33,519 nt of DNA, from the UHGV virus genome UHGV-0197718, one strand, 5' to 3'. Positions 8,097-16,186 of the stretch are shown piece by piece. This DNA comes from a virus. Both the position numbers and the translations under genes were made by a program. Every line of letters starts with the position of its first letter. Positions within the stretch are counted from its first letter, which is position 1. Below the pieces are notes generated by a model that saw nothing but the letters and a program-made list of their open reading frames with translations, searched no databases and was not told where the DNA came from.

Positions 8097-8253
8097 ATAC
8101 GACGACGAAGACCGGTGCATCCGGGTGGACGGCGAACCTATTTCCTACGGCGTCGCGGTTGGACTCCTGGAGCAGATAGAGCAGGCCATTGACGAGTGGG
8201 ATTTTGACCACGCTCCCCAATGCTACAACCCGGACGGACACTACGACGACTAA
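8086..8253 (+). CDS. small acidic protein (55 aa)
   Basis: ATG 8086 overlaps the upstream gene end; MTIEYDDEDRCIRVDGEPISYGVAVGLLEQIEQAIDEWDFDHAPQCYNPDGHYDD; GC-rich again, so not in the AT-rich block. Confidence 0.25.
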   Translation: MTIEYDDEDRCIRVDGEPISYGVAVGLLEQIEQAIDEWDFDHAPQCYNPDGHYDD

Positions 8254-8384
8254 CTGACTTTTAACCAATCGCCCGGCCCAGGTGGGGCCTAAAACCAAAA
8301 CCAAAACATCAATAGGTATATAGATTAATACGGTCTGGCAGGCGCGGGGAAACCCGTCCGGGCGGCCAATTCAGAAGAACGAAC

Positions 8385-8696
8385 ATGAGCGAAAACGACA
8401 CAACCATGACCACCCTTGCGACCGCGCTGGAAACGCTGGCCGGAGTATTGCGGGAGCTGGCAACAACGCCTGTTCCTTCTACGCCTGAATCGTCTTCCGT
8501 TTCCATTTTCGGATCAATCGAAAAGAAATACGCTAAAAGCTCTACATTAGCCAATTATTATGACATTTCCTCCCGGCAGATGGATAACATCCTGGCACGG
8601 GCGGGGAAGAATGTAAGAAGGCTGGAAGGAGTCGGAAAAGGAACCCTTTATAACATGGAAGACGTGGAAAAATACTTAACTAACAAAAGAAAATGA
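8385..8696 (+). CDS. HTH DNA-binding protein, excisionase/AlpA-like (HTH_17-type)
   Basis: C-terminal LANYYDISSRQMDNILARAG...GTLYNMEDVEKYL resembles the excisionase-family HTH. Confidence 0.45.
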   Translation: MSENDTTMTTLATALETLAGVLRELATTPVPSTPESSSVSIFGSIEKKYAKSSTLANYYDISSRQMDNILARAGKNVRRLEGVGKGTLYNMEDVEKYLTNKRK

Positions 8697-9073
8697 TCAC
8701 ACATCAACACATCATTGACCGGGGCCCCTTCAAGGGGATGGTGGAAACGATCACCAACAACCCGCACCCCGCAAAGACGACGCGCTGCTACATGTGCGCG
8801 GCACCGCTGAAAGCCTCGACATCATGGATGTCCCTGGTAGGAGACCATCAGGACGGCGTCTTCACCGCGCGCTTTCTGTGCCCGTTATGCGCCAGGGAAC
8901 GCCTCAACGGCATCCCGGACGAAGCGGAGCGATGCTGGAACTATACCCAAGCCGCCCAATCAGGGCCCCGGATTACCAAAATCCTCGCTTACCTGATTTT
9001 CTGGTGTGGACTGGTTACTGCCGGAGGAACATTCCTCTTCTTAATTTTCCTCCTGCTCAAAAACCTTTTTTAA
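8693..9073 (+). CDS. zinc-ribbon (two CxxC pairs) protein with C-terminal transmembrane helix
   Basis: CYMCAAPL...CPLCARER; C-terminal ILAYLIFWCGLVTAGGTFLFLIFLLL. Confidence 0.45.
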   Translation: MITHQHIIDRGPFKGMVETITNNPHPAKTTRCYMCAAPLKASTSWMSLVGDHQDGVFTARFLCPLCARERLNGIPDEAERCWNYTQAAQSGPRITKILAYLIFWCGLVTAGGTFLFLIFLLLKNLF

Positions 9074-9094
9074 CTGATTAACTAAATAAATAAA

Positions 9095-9670
9095 ATGAAA
9101 TTTAAAGATTGCACTGTTGGAACTAAAGTGAAAGTCGAGGGGACAATCATCGACATCGTAGAGGAAAAGGCGACCTTGCATGTTGAGTGTAAAAACGGGA
9201 CGAAATGCTTCATCAACCCTGATGTGCTTGAACGGGATTTTAATCAATACGATCCGAATAGGAAATTCCGAAAGGGCGATATCGTCAAGCCCGATTACAA
9301 GGGGAGGAAATGGGAAGGCATGCTTCCCGAAGAAATAGAATATGAAGTTCTGGAAGATGAAGATAACGATGGAATGGTACTCATTAAAATAGACAAAAGT
9401 ATTGACCCCGCCGGAGAAGGGATTGTGCCTTTCTCAAGATTGGTCTTGATTGAATCAATAGAAGAAATCAGAAAGAAAAATCCATATTACATTAAAAAAG
9501 GAGATGGGTGCTTTAATGTTTTGCTTAAACTAGCTCCTTTAGCAATTAAGCTAATATATTGCGTATTTTATGAAGCAGGAACGGGAGTAACCCAAGACGA
9601 GGCGCGGAAAAAAGCTCAAGATCTTTGCGATGAAAAAAATCGCGAGTACCGAGAATTATTAAATAACTGA
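9095..9670 (+). CDS. hypothetical protein (AT-richer moron, 191 aa)
   Basis: About 42% GC against the roughly 58% backbone; followed by hairpin 9678-9704 (gccgggt...acccggc). Confidence 0.5.
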   Translation: MKFKDCTVGTKVKVEGTIIDIVEEKATLHVECKNGTKCFINPDVLERDFNQYDPNRKFRKGDIVKPDYKGRKWEGMLPEEIEYEVLEDEDNDGMVLIKIDKSIDPAGEGIVPFSRLVLIESIEEIRKKNPYYIKKGDGCFNVLLKLAPLAIKLIYCVFYEAGTGVTQDEARKKAQDLCDEKNREYRELLNN

Positions 9671-9728
9671 AAAAATAGCCGGGTCAGCGGCAACTGAACC
9701 CGGCCTGTTAAACACAACATGAACGAAT

Positions 9729-10670
9729 ATGAATAACGAATCAATAGATAAACTCAATTTGCCTCAAAATCCAGTCCCAAAAAAGACACTCTATGAAATT
9801 GTCATGTCTTCGGACATGAAAAACGCCATTACGGGGCTTGTGGAGGGCATGATGACGCCGGAACGCTGCATCAGCATCTTCTGGCATTGCTGCCAGAAAA
9901 CCCCGCAGCTACAGCAATGCGCCCCCGTAACGCTGATTGCGGCCCTCAAAAACCTGCTGATGATGCGTTGCGAGCCGGACGGGATTCACGGCTATCTGGT
10001 GCCCTTCTGGGTCAACGATAAGTCAAGCGGACAGTCTATTTTGACGTGTGCAGCCATACCTTCCGCCCGGGGGCTGATGCGTATGGCCCGCTCCAATGGC
10101 GTCACCAACCTGAACATCGGCATTGTGCGGAACGGAGAGCCGTTCTCCTGGCGTCTGGATGACGGCAGATTCACGATGAGCCATGTTCCGGGATGGGATG
10201 ATACCAAAGACCCCATCAGAGGGTTTTACTGCACCTGGACCGACAAAGATAGATATTTGCATGGGGAGCGCATGAGCTTACATGCCGTCAAGGGAATTAT
10301 GAATCGCACCAAGTCACGGACCAAGAAAGGGGAAATCGTGGGGCCTTGGGCAACCGACTTTCCCCAGATGGGCCTGAAAACGGTCATCAAGCGCGCCTCC
10401 AAGCAATGGGATCTTCCTCTTGCCATCCAGGAGGCCATGCGGGAAAGCGATGAACAGGAATTCGGAAAAGAAATGAGGAACGTAACTCCAGAAAAAACAG
10501 ACGGCCCAGCCGAAGGGGAAACTCCGTGGAACAACGCTCCGTCCCCTGAAGAATTCCGAGAAGAACCGCAGGACGCCCTGCCGGAACCTGAACAGCAGGA
10601 CGACTTTATACCGGGCCTGGAAATACCGGCCGCAAAAGAATACGCAACCGCCAACATGGAGGACTATTGA
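9729..10670 (+). CDS. recT: RecT-family single-strand annealing recombinase
   Basis: Core pattern GIHGYLVPF...NIGIVRNGEPFSW...GFYCTWTDKD...GPWATDFPQMGLKTVIKRASKQWDLPL matches RecT family; immediately upstream of a YqaJ exonuclease. Confidence 0.8.
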   Translation: MNNESIDKLNLPQNPVPKKTLYEIVMSSDMKNAITGLVEGMMTPERCISIFWHCCQKTPQLQQCAPVTLIAALKNLLMMRCEPDGIHGYLVPFWVNDKSSGQSILTCAAIPSARGLMRMARSNGVTNLNIGIVRNGEPFSWRLDDGRFTMSHVPGWDDTKDPIRGFYCTWTDKDRYLHGERMSLHAVKGIMNRTKSRTKKGEIVGPWATDFPQMGLKTVIKRASKQWDLPLAIQEAMRESDEQEFGKEMRNVTPEKTDGPAEGETPWNNAPSPEEFREEPQDALPEPEQQDDFIPGLEIPAAKEYATANMEDY

Positions 10671-10671
10671 C

Positions 10672-11766
10672 ATGAGCCTGTCCAAGAACTGTATCGTCTA
10701 CGAAAACATTTATCAGCGGTCGGAAGCCTGGTTTAAGCTGCGCGCCGGCCGTCTGACCGCGAGCAACTTTAAGCGGCTGCTGACGCCTACGGGAAAGAAA
10801 CCCCAGCCCAGAACGCACCAGGAAAGGGGACCTTGGGGAGAACTCATCATTGATCTGTGCTGCTCCTTCCTTCGGCCCGATGAAATCAAGTGGGAAGGCA
10901 ACCGTCATACGGACCAGGGAGAAGAACTGGAACCGGAAGCCCGGGACGAATTCAGAACCATCACGGGAATGACCGTCAAGGAAGTGGGTTTCGTCCTTTG
11001 CCAAGACGGACCGGTGGGATGCAGCCCTGACGGGCTCATCGTTGACCAGTCTGGCGACTACATGGCGGGCCTTGAAATCAAGTGCCCCCTCTCCAAGACT
11101 CACGCCCTCTACCTGCTCAACGGCGAGCTGCCTCCCGAATACCGTCCCCAGGTGCACGGATCCATGGCGGTGACCGGGCTGCGGACATGGTATTTTTTCT
11201 CCTATTGCCGGGGTTTGCGTCCCTTCCTGATCAAAGTGAACTGGGATGCCTACACCGATCAAATCAACGAGACGCTGAATGATTTCAAACGGGAATACCG
11301 AGACCAATTTGACGTCATCATGCCTCAAATCCGTCCAGCCGTAGAAAGGAGGCCAGCAATGATTAACATCCTCCTATCCGTCAGGCGGCCTTTCTCCGAG
11401 AAAATTTTGTCCGGGGAAAAGAAATGGGAACTGCGGAAAACCAAACCCATCTTTAGACGGTGCGGCCCTGTAACGCTGTGGTTCTATGAATCCGGCAAGG
11501 ACGGGGAACGGGCTATTATCGGCAAGTGCCAGTTAAAGTATCTTATCCGCATGATTTCTTATATTCCTGACGGGTTAATTGAAGACGCCTGCATAACGAA
11601 AGAGCGTGGGCGCTCCTATCTCCCTTGCTACGCTTGGCACATTTATGACCCCGTGCGTCTTCCCCTTGCCGTGCCCCTGTCTGATATTGGACTGACCCGT
11701 CCGCCGCAGAGCTGGCAGTACATTACTGACGAGCAAGCGGCAATACTGGAAAGGAGGCTCGCATGA
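10672..11766 (+). CDS. YqaJ-type (lambda Exo-like) PD-(D/E)xK alkaline exonuclease fused in frame to a C-terminal ASCH (PUA-like) domain
   Basis: N-terminal YQRSEAWFKLRAGRLTASNF and CSPDGLIVD...LEIKCP motifs (YqaJ); C-terminal 135 aa contains the ASCH GxKxxExR motif (SGEKKWELRK) and a beta-barrel-like pattern; internal ATG 11359 preceded by a perfect AAGGAGG. Confidence 0.75.
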   Translation: MSLSKNCIVYENIYQRSEAWFKLRAGRLTASNFKRLLTPTGKKPQPRTHQERGPWGELIIDLCCSFLRPDEIKWEGNRHTDQGEELEPEARDEFRTITGMTVKEVGFVLCQDGPVGCSPDGLIVDQSGDYMAGLEIKCPLSKTHALYLLNGELPPEYRPQVHGSMAVTGLRTWYFFSYCRGLRPFLIKVNWDAYTDQINETLNDFKREYRDQFDVIMPQIRPAVERRPAMINILLSVRRPFSEKILSGEKKWELRKTKPIFRRCGPVTLWFYESGKDGERAIIGKCQLKYLIRMISYIPDGLIEDACITKERGRSYLPCYAWHIYDPVRLPLAVPLSDIGLTRPPQSWQYITDEQAAILERRLA

Positions 11767-12089
11767 AACTGACGCCTGAACAGAAAGCGATCCTGGCCTA
11801 TGGGGAAGCCCGCGGCATCCTGAAAGAGCGGAAAAGCCTCATGCGCTTCACGGAAGGCTACGGGGAATGCAGCTATTATCACGGCGAACCCCGGCTAATG
11901 TACGGTGTTGAAGAAGCCATTAGGGACGCTTGGCAGAAGCGGGCGGCATGCAGGGCATGGGTGCCAATGGAAGACAGATATTGCAATAACTGTCTGCACT
12001 TCAAATCACCTGAATCAAATTCCCCCTGCGCGGAATGTTCTCAATACGCTGATCCTCTCAACTGGGAGCCGAGAAAGGAGGGAGAGTGA
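11763..12089 (+). CDS. Cys-rich (zinc-finger-like) small protein
   Basis: CNNC...CAEC motifs; ATGA overlap with the upstream gene. Confidence 0.45.
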   Translation: MKLTPEQKAILAYGEARGILKERKSLMRFTEGYGECSYYHGEPRLMYGVEEAIRDAWQKRAACRAWVPMEDRYCNNCLHFKSPESNSPCAECSQYADPLNWEPRKEGE

Positions 12090-12856
12090 ATGAGCTACAT
12101 CTTTTCGCGGGCGCTGGTGGAGGCATACTTGGCAGCGAACTGCTCGGAATGCGAACCGTCTGCGCCGTCGAGCTCGAACCCTATCCCTCAAGCGTACTGC
12201 TCGCCCGACAGAATGACGGCTTACTCCCGCCTTTCCCGGTTTGGGATGACGTACGCACCTTTGACGGACGACCGTGGCGCGGCCTTGTTGACGTGGTATC
12301 TGGAGGCTTCCCGTGCCAGGACATTTCAGCCGCAGGAAAAGGCGCCGGCATTGACGGCGCCCGCTCCGGCCTCTGGAGGGAAATGCACCGAATTATCAAT
12401 GAGGTACGACCGGAATTCGCATTCCTGGAAAACTCACCTTTGCTTGTGGGAAGAGGACTTGCCAGAGTCCTCGGTGACCTTGCCCGCATCGGGTATGATG
12501 CTGCATGGTGTGTGCTGGGAGCTGACGCCGTTGGATTACCCCATCACCGCGCCAGATTATGGCTTCTTGCCCACGCCGCGGGCCTGCATAGGCACGCACG
12601 GCATAGCTTGGAGCCGCGCGGAACAAGGCAATCACAAATGCAACCTGGAAGATTACCTGGCATATCTCTATATCAGGAATGGAAGGAAGCGCGTCAGGGG
12701 GATGTGCGTGTCGGCGTCTTTCGTCGCCCTGATGATGGGTTGGCCCCAGAAGTGGACGAGCTTAAAGCCCTTGGTAACGGGCAAGTTCCTGCAGTGGCGG
12801 CAACTGCATTCCTTATTCTATTCAGCAGATTTCAAAATGGAAAGGAGGCATTATGA
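12086..12856 (+). CDS. DNA (cytosine-5)-methyltransferase, compact orphan
   Basis: Motif I LFAGAGG, motif IV GFPCQDIS, motif VI FLENSP, motif VIII-like GLPHHRARLWL, motif X LGNGQVPAVA; GTG start overlapping the upstream stop with an AAGGAGG SD; no adjacent restriction enzyme. Confidence 0.85.
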   Translation: MNELHLFAGAGGGILGSELLGMRTVCAVELEPYPSSVLLARQNDGLLPPFPVWDDVRTFDGRPWRGLVDVVSGGFPCQDISAAGKGAGIDGARSGLWREMHRIINEVRPEFAFLENSPLLVGRGLARVLGDLARIGYDAAWCVLGADAVGLPHHRARLWLLAHAAGLHRHARHSLEPRGTRQSQMQPGRLPGISLYQEWKEARQGDVRVGVFRRPDDGLAPEVDELKALGNGQVPAVAATAFLILFSRFQNGKEAL

Positions 12857-13455
12857 AAGACTGGACAGGGAATAAAAGGACGTTAGGAGCCTTGCTGGGA
12901 GCATCCAATCACACCTCCGAAGATCGGCAACGGGAAGACTACTATGCCACGCACCCGGACATGGTGAGGGATTTGCTCAACGCCGGCGCGCCCCTCCGTC
13001 AGCAGGTATGGGAACCAGCCTGCGGGGCCGGCCACATTGTCAACGTCTTGAGGGAACGCGGGCATGAAGTGTACGCAACCGATATTGTTGACCGGGGATG
13101 CCCTGATTCCAGCGTGCTAGATTTTTTGTGGGAGTTTGCCGGCGCACCTATGGGTGACGTGGACATCATGACCAATCCGCCCTATGCCACGGCCCTCGAA
13201 TTTGTTGAGCGTGCGCTTCGGCTTGTTAAGCCGGGGGCTAATGTCTGGATGCTATTAAAATTATCATTCTTGGAAGGGAAAGGCCGCAAGAGGTTATTTA
13301 ACGATACCCCACCCGCGGATGTGTGGGTGTTTTCAGAGCGGCGGATTTGTGCGAAAAATGGCGATTTCGACCGTTACAAGACGGGAGCTATGGCTTACGC
13401 ATGGTTCCACTGGGTCAAAAGCCGCAACACAGTCTGCACCATCAAATGGTTATGA
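12853..13455 (+). CDS. DNA amino-methyltransferase (N6-adenine or N4-cytosine), orphan
   Basis: Motif I WEPACGAGHIV followed by motif IV TNPPY; 200 aa; ATGA overlap with the C5-MTase and an AAGGAGG SD. Confidence 0.65.
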   Translation: MKDWTGNKRTLGALLGASNHTSEDRQREDYYATHPDMVRDLLNAGAPLRQQVWEPACGAGHIVNVLRERGHEVYATDIVDRGCPDSSVLDFLWEFAGAPMGDVDIMTNPPYATALEFVERALRLVKPGANVWMLLKLSFLEGKGRKRLFNDTPPADVWVFSERRICAKNGDFDRYKTGAMAYAWFHWVKSRNTVCTIKWL

Positions 13456-13485
13456 ACTACAACCCCCAACTGACGCTTTTTTGAT

Positions 13486-14274
13486 ATGCCAACACGATTG
13501 ATCAGAGATGCTATTTTGACATCAGGGCGCGTCGCCTCTCTTTCGTGGGAGGCCGAGGTGTTCTACCGACGCCTGATGTCTGTGGCAGACGATTACGGCC
13601 TTTATGACGCTAGGACGCCCATTCTCCGTTCTGCGTTGTATCCTCTCCAACTCGACAAGATGAGCGAGTGCAATATTCAACGCTGCCTCTCCGCGTGTGA
13701 GGCCGCGGGGCTTATTCTGCTTTATTCTCACAATGAGAAGCCATACTTGATGATTCTGGGGTTCGACCAGCAGGGGAAGTCCATGCCCAAATGGCCGCTT
13801 CCGAACGGTTACGAAGTGCTGAAAGTTTCCGACAAGAAATACGAACTGCGGAAATTCGTAACAGGTCGTAACGATTCGCCTCAACCCGTTACTTATGCGA
13901 ATGCGTATTCGGAGACGGAGACGGAGACGAAGACGGATGCGAATGCGAAGAAATTACCTGTAAGCCGAGGCATAGAGCAGTTCCCGCGGGACGCGGAGGA
14001 AGTGCGGCTTTTCATGGCGGCCCAGCTTATGGCTCCCAAGGGAGACGAGCTGACCCGGTGCGCGGAACGGTTTTTCAACGAACAGTCCGCCGTTGGATGG
14101 CGAAACCGGCACGGCGTCCCCCTGGCGGACTGGCGGCCCATGGCTCGCCAATACGCTGCCACCTGGGCCCGGAACAATGCGGACGCGCCCGGGATGAAAC
14201 CCGCCAATACCGTGGGAACCAAGCCAAAATCAACGACTAAACCATCAAGAAGAGATGACCTCTGGAAAGATTGA
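13486..14274 (+). CDS. putative replication initiator / replisome organiser (lambda O-like position)
   Basis: Immediately upstream of and overlapping a DnaC-like loader; contains an iteron-like repeat cluster in a low-complexity linker (SETETETKTDANAKK). Confidence 0.4.
   Translation: MPTRLIRDAILTSGRVASLSWEAEVFYRRLMSVADDYGLYDARTPILRSALYPLQLDKMSECNIQRCLSACEAAGLILLYSHNEKPYLMILGFDQQGKSMPKWPLPNGYEVLKVSDKKYELRKFVTGRNDSPQPVTYANAYSETETETKTDANAKKLPVSRGIEQFPRDAEEVRLFMAAQLMAPKGDELTRCAERFFNEQSAVGWRNRHGVPLADWRPMARQYAATWARNNADAPGMKPANTVGTKPKSTTKPSRRDDLWKD
13895..13947. repeat. iteron-like cluster inside the initiator gene: ATGCGAATGCG - 6 bp - (GAGACG)x4 - 1 bp - ATGCGAATGCG
   Basis: Read directly from the sequence: two identical 11-mers flank four tandem hexamers. 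Confidence 0.45.
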
Positions 14275-14995
14275 CGAACCCATTAAACCCCAGGGAGGAC
14301 TGAAAGGAGTTAATCTTGAAAGCCTCTTGGAATCCATCACCCTGCTTGCCGAGGACGACGGAAGAAGCATTGAAGAGCTGGAAGCGGAAGCGCTGGCTGC
14401 TGAAAAGCAGCGGGAAGAAGAACGCCGGGCGGCATACGAACGCCTGGGCCTGATTGATCGCGGCTTTCCCCGACGCGCTATTGATTGTCTCGACGAAGTA
14501 ACCGGGGAACCATGGAAGAAAGCCCTCCGTGACTCCTACCGCCTCGTTTTAACCCCTGGGAGCATCATTGTGCTGAACGGTCGATACGGCACCGGGAAAA
14601 CGGTATTGAGCACGTTTCTTGGACGCATCATGTACAGGCGAAAGAAGCGCGTCCTCTATACCAAGGCCTATGATTACACGATGGCCTTGAGAGAGACGTT
14701 TAACGGCAACGGCTTAGAATCCGATGTCATGAAGCGATACAAGGCGCCGTATCTTCTGGTGCTGGACGAGTATCACGAGGTCAAGGACACGGACTTTGCA
14801 GGCGCTGCGCTGGAACGGCTCATTGACTACCGGCACCAGAACGGCAAACCGACCATCATCATCTCCAACTACAGCCCCGCCGCCCTTGAAGATCGACTCG
14901 GGCCGGCCATTGTTTCCCGCATCCACCTTTGCGGCACCATCATCACCTGTGATTGGAAATCCTACCGCGAGATCAATTACCATCCCCGGGAATAG
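14255..14995 (+). CDS. DnaC/IstB-like AAA+ helicase loader
   Basis: Walker A VLNGRYGTGKTVL, Walker B LLVLDEYHE; 20-nt overlap with the initiator gene. Confidence 0.8.
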   Translation: MTSGKIDEPIKPQGGLKGVNLESLLESITLLAEDDGRSIEELEAEALAAEKQREEERRAAYERLGLIDRGFPRRAIDCLDEVTGEPWKKALRDSYRLVLTPGSIIVLNGRYGTGKTVLSTFLGRIMYRRKKRVLYTKAYDYTMALRETFNGNGLESDVMKRYKAPYLLVLDEYHEVKDTDFAGAALERLIDYRHQNGKPTIIISNYSPAALEDRLGPAIVSRIHLCGTIITCDWKSYREINYHPRE

Positions 14996-15029
14996 CCCTG
15001 GAATCTCGTATACCCTGGAATCTCGTATA
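14996..15029. repeat. perfect tandem duplication of a 17-mer (ccctggaatctcgtata x2) immediately after the loader stop codon
   Basis: Read directly from the sequence: 14996-15012 and 15013-15029 are identical. Confidence 0.9.
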
Positions 15030-15047
15030 TCGTTATTCGTCGAAAAA

Positions 15048-15638
15048 TCAGCGGGGGAGATTTTTGGTCGTCCCTCGTTCCATGATTAAATTCATCAGAA
15101 GATCCATCGGCGCCCCCGGCCCGCGGTCAGAATCCAACCATCTCCACACCGTCACGCGGGTGACCCCGATCACCTCGGCGGCGCGATTCACCGCAGCTGT
15201 TTTACTGTTCAACCGGTGGGTTGTTTTCAAAAAGTCCAAAAACTGATGCAATGTCCGAAGTTCTTTTCCTCCCACACCTTCAATTTCCGCCCCGTAAATA
15301 TAGACTCCATTCCCGTCTCCGGTGACGGGAGAAAAAAGGAAACGGTTTTCTTCCATCTTATCGCGAAGTTTTTTTTCCAGCAGGTCTCTTTTGGATTCCG
15401 AAAGCCAAGAGGCGAAATAAATTGATAGGGAAATATTTAAGTCTTCATAGTTTTCAACGTCTTCAACTTCGTCATAGTTTTCCGGATCCTGAAAAAGTAA
15501 GCTGACGCCTCCCTCGTCAAGGGCGTTCAGCTCGACGCCCTCGCACTCGTCAATCACGATTTTTTCACGCACCAGCTCATCTTCCAACTCGACGCTGATG
15601 CGTTCCAGTTTAGCTTTAATCTCTTTGGTTACTTTCAT
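15048..15638 (-). CDS. acidic protein with C-terminal HTH (KTAAVNRAAEVIGVTRVTVWRWL); putative regulator (late activator, Mor/C-like role) or defence/anti-defence moron
   Basis: Reverse-oriented relative to the flanking operons; lower GC; very acidic N-terminal 70 aa; HTH shares the TVWRW signature with the terS HTH. Confidence 0.5.
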   Translation of the reverse strand: MKVTKEIKAKLERISVELEDELVREKIVIDECEGVELNALDEGGVSLLFQDPENYDEVEDVENYEDLNISLSIYFASWLSESKRDLLEKKLRDKMEENRFLFSPVTGDGNGVYIYGAEIEGVGGKELRTLHQFLDFLKTTHRLNSKTAAVNRAAEVIGVTRVTVWRWLDSDRGPGAPMDLLMNLIMERGTTKNLPR

Positions 15639-15659
15639 TTTTTAGCAGGTTGATTTTTT

Positions 15660-15941
15660 TCAGGCTTCGGTTACAAAGCCGTTTTCGATGCAGAACCAGG
15701 TGGGAAGAGTCACAAAACAATCTCCGGCCCATACTCCGTCTTCTTTTTTATCGATAGCCGCGATGAGGCTTTTCGGAATCCAATGGTAAGATGAGCTTCC
15801 GCAGCTGTAGTCCGTGTCAATCTGGATGGCTTTCTCGGATTCTTTAGACACGATGGCGCGTACCTTGGAAAGCTTCCAGTTGGTCTTTACGGAGGACCCC
15901 AGTTTAGCTTCATCAATATTCAATTTGTGGGTGATGATCAT
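15660..15941 (-). CDS. hypothetical protein, first gene of the reverse-oriented two-gene module
   Basis: 93-aa ORF, 21 bp upstream of the 196-aa HTH gene, same strand. Confidence 0.45.
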   Translation of the reverse strand: MIITHKLNIDEAKLGSSVKTNWKLSKVRAIVSKESEKAIQIDTDYSCGSSSYHWIPKSLIAAIDKKEDGVWAGDCFVTLPTWFCIENGFVTEA

Positions 15942-15996
15942 TTTTTTCTCTTTCTATAATTAATGCTTCCGGGGCTTTCCCCTCTCAACAAAGACA

Positions 15997-16021
15997 ACAT
16001 ACTATCTTTTTGATAGTATGT
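15997..16021. promoter_or_regulatory. 25-bp perfect palindrome acatactatc-ttttt-gatagtatgt in the divergent region between the reverse module and terS
   Basis: Read directly from the sequence; 10-bp arms; located 56 bp upstream of the minus-strand gene start. Confidence 0.5.
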
Positions 16022-16186
16022 CAACAGAGAAATGAGAGAAAATTTGACCACAGATAAAAAAATATATAGATTTTTGACAGGAAAAAGAAAGCATCACCTA
16101 CCACCAAAAGAAAACCGGGGCGGCCGAGCCTCTACACCGAGGAACTGGCCGCCGAGATAGCCACCCGTCTTGCCAACGGGGAAACC

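Noticed and set aside
12090-12875. Alternative-frame ORF 12090..12875 (261 aa) overlapping the C5-methyltransferase on the same strand
   Set aside because: All methyltransferase motifs (FxGxG, PCQ, ENV, QxRxR, GN) are in the 12086 frame; the 12090 frame has no recognisable features.
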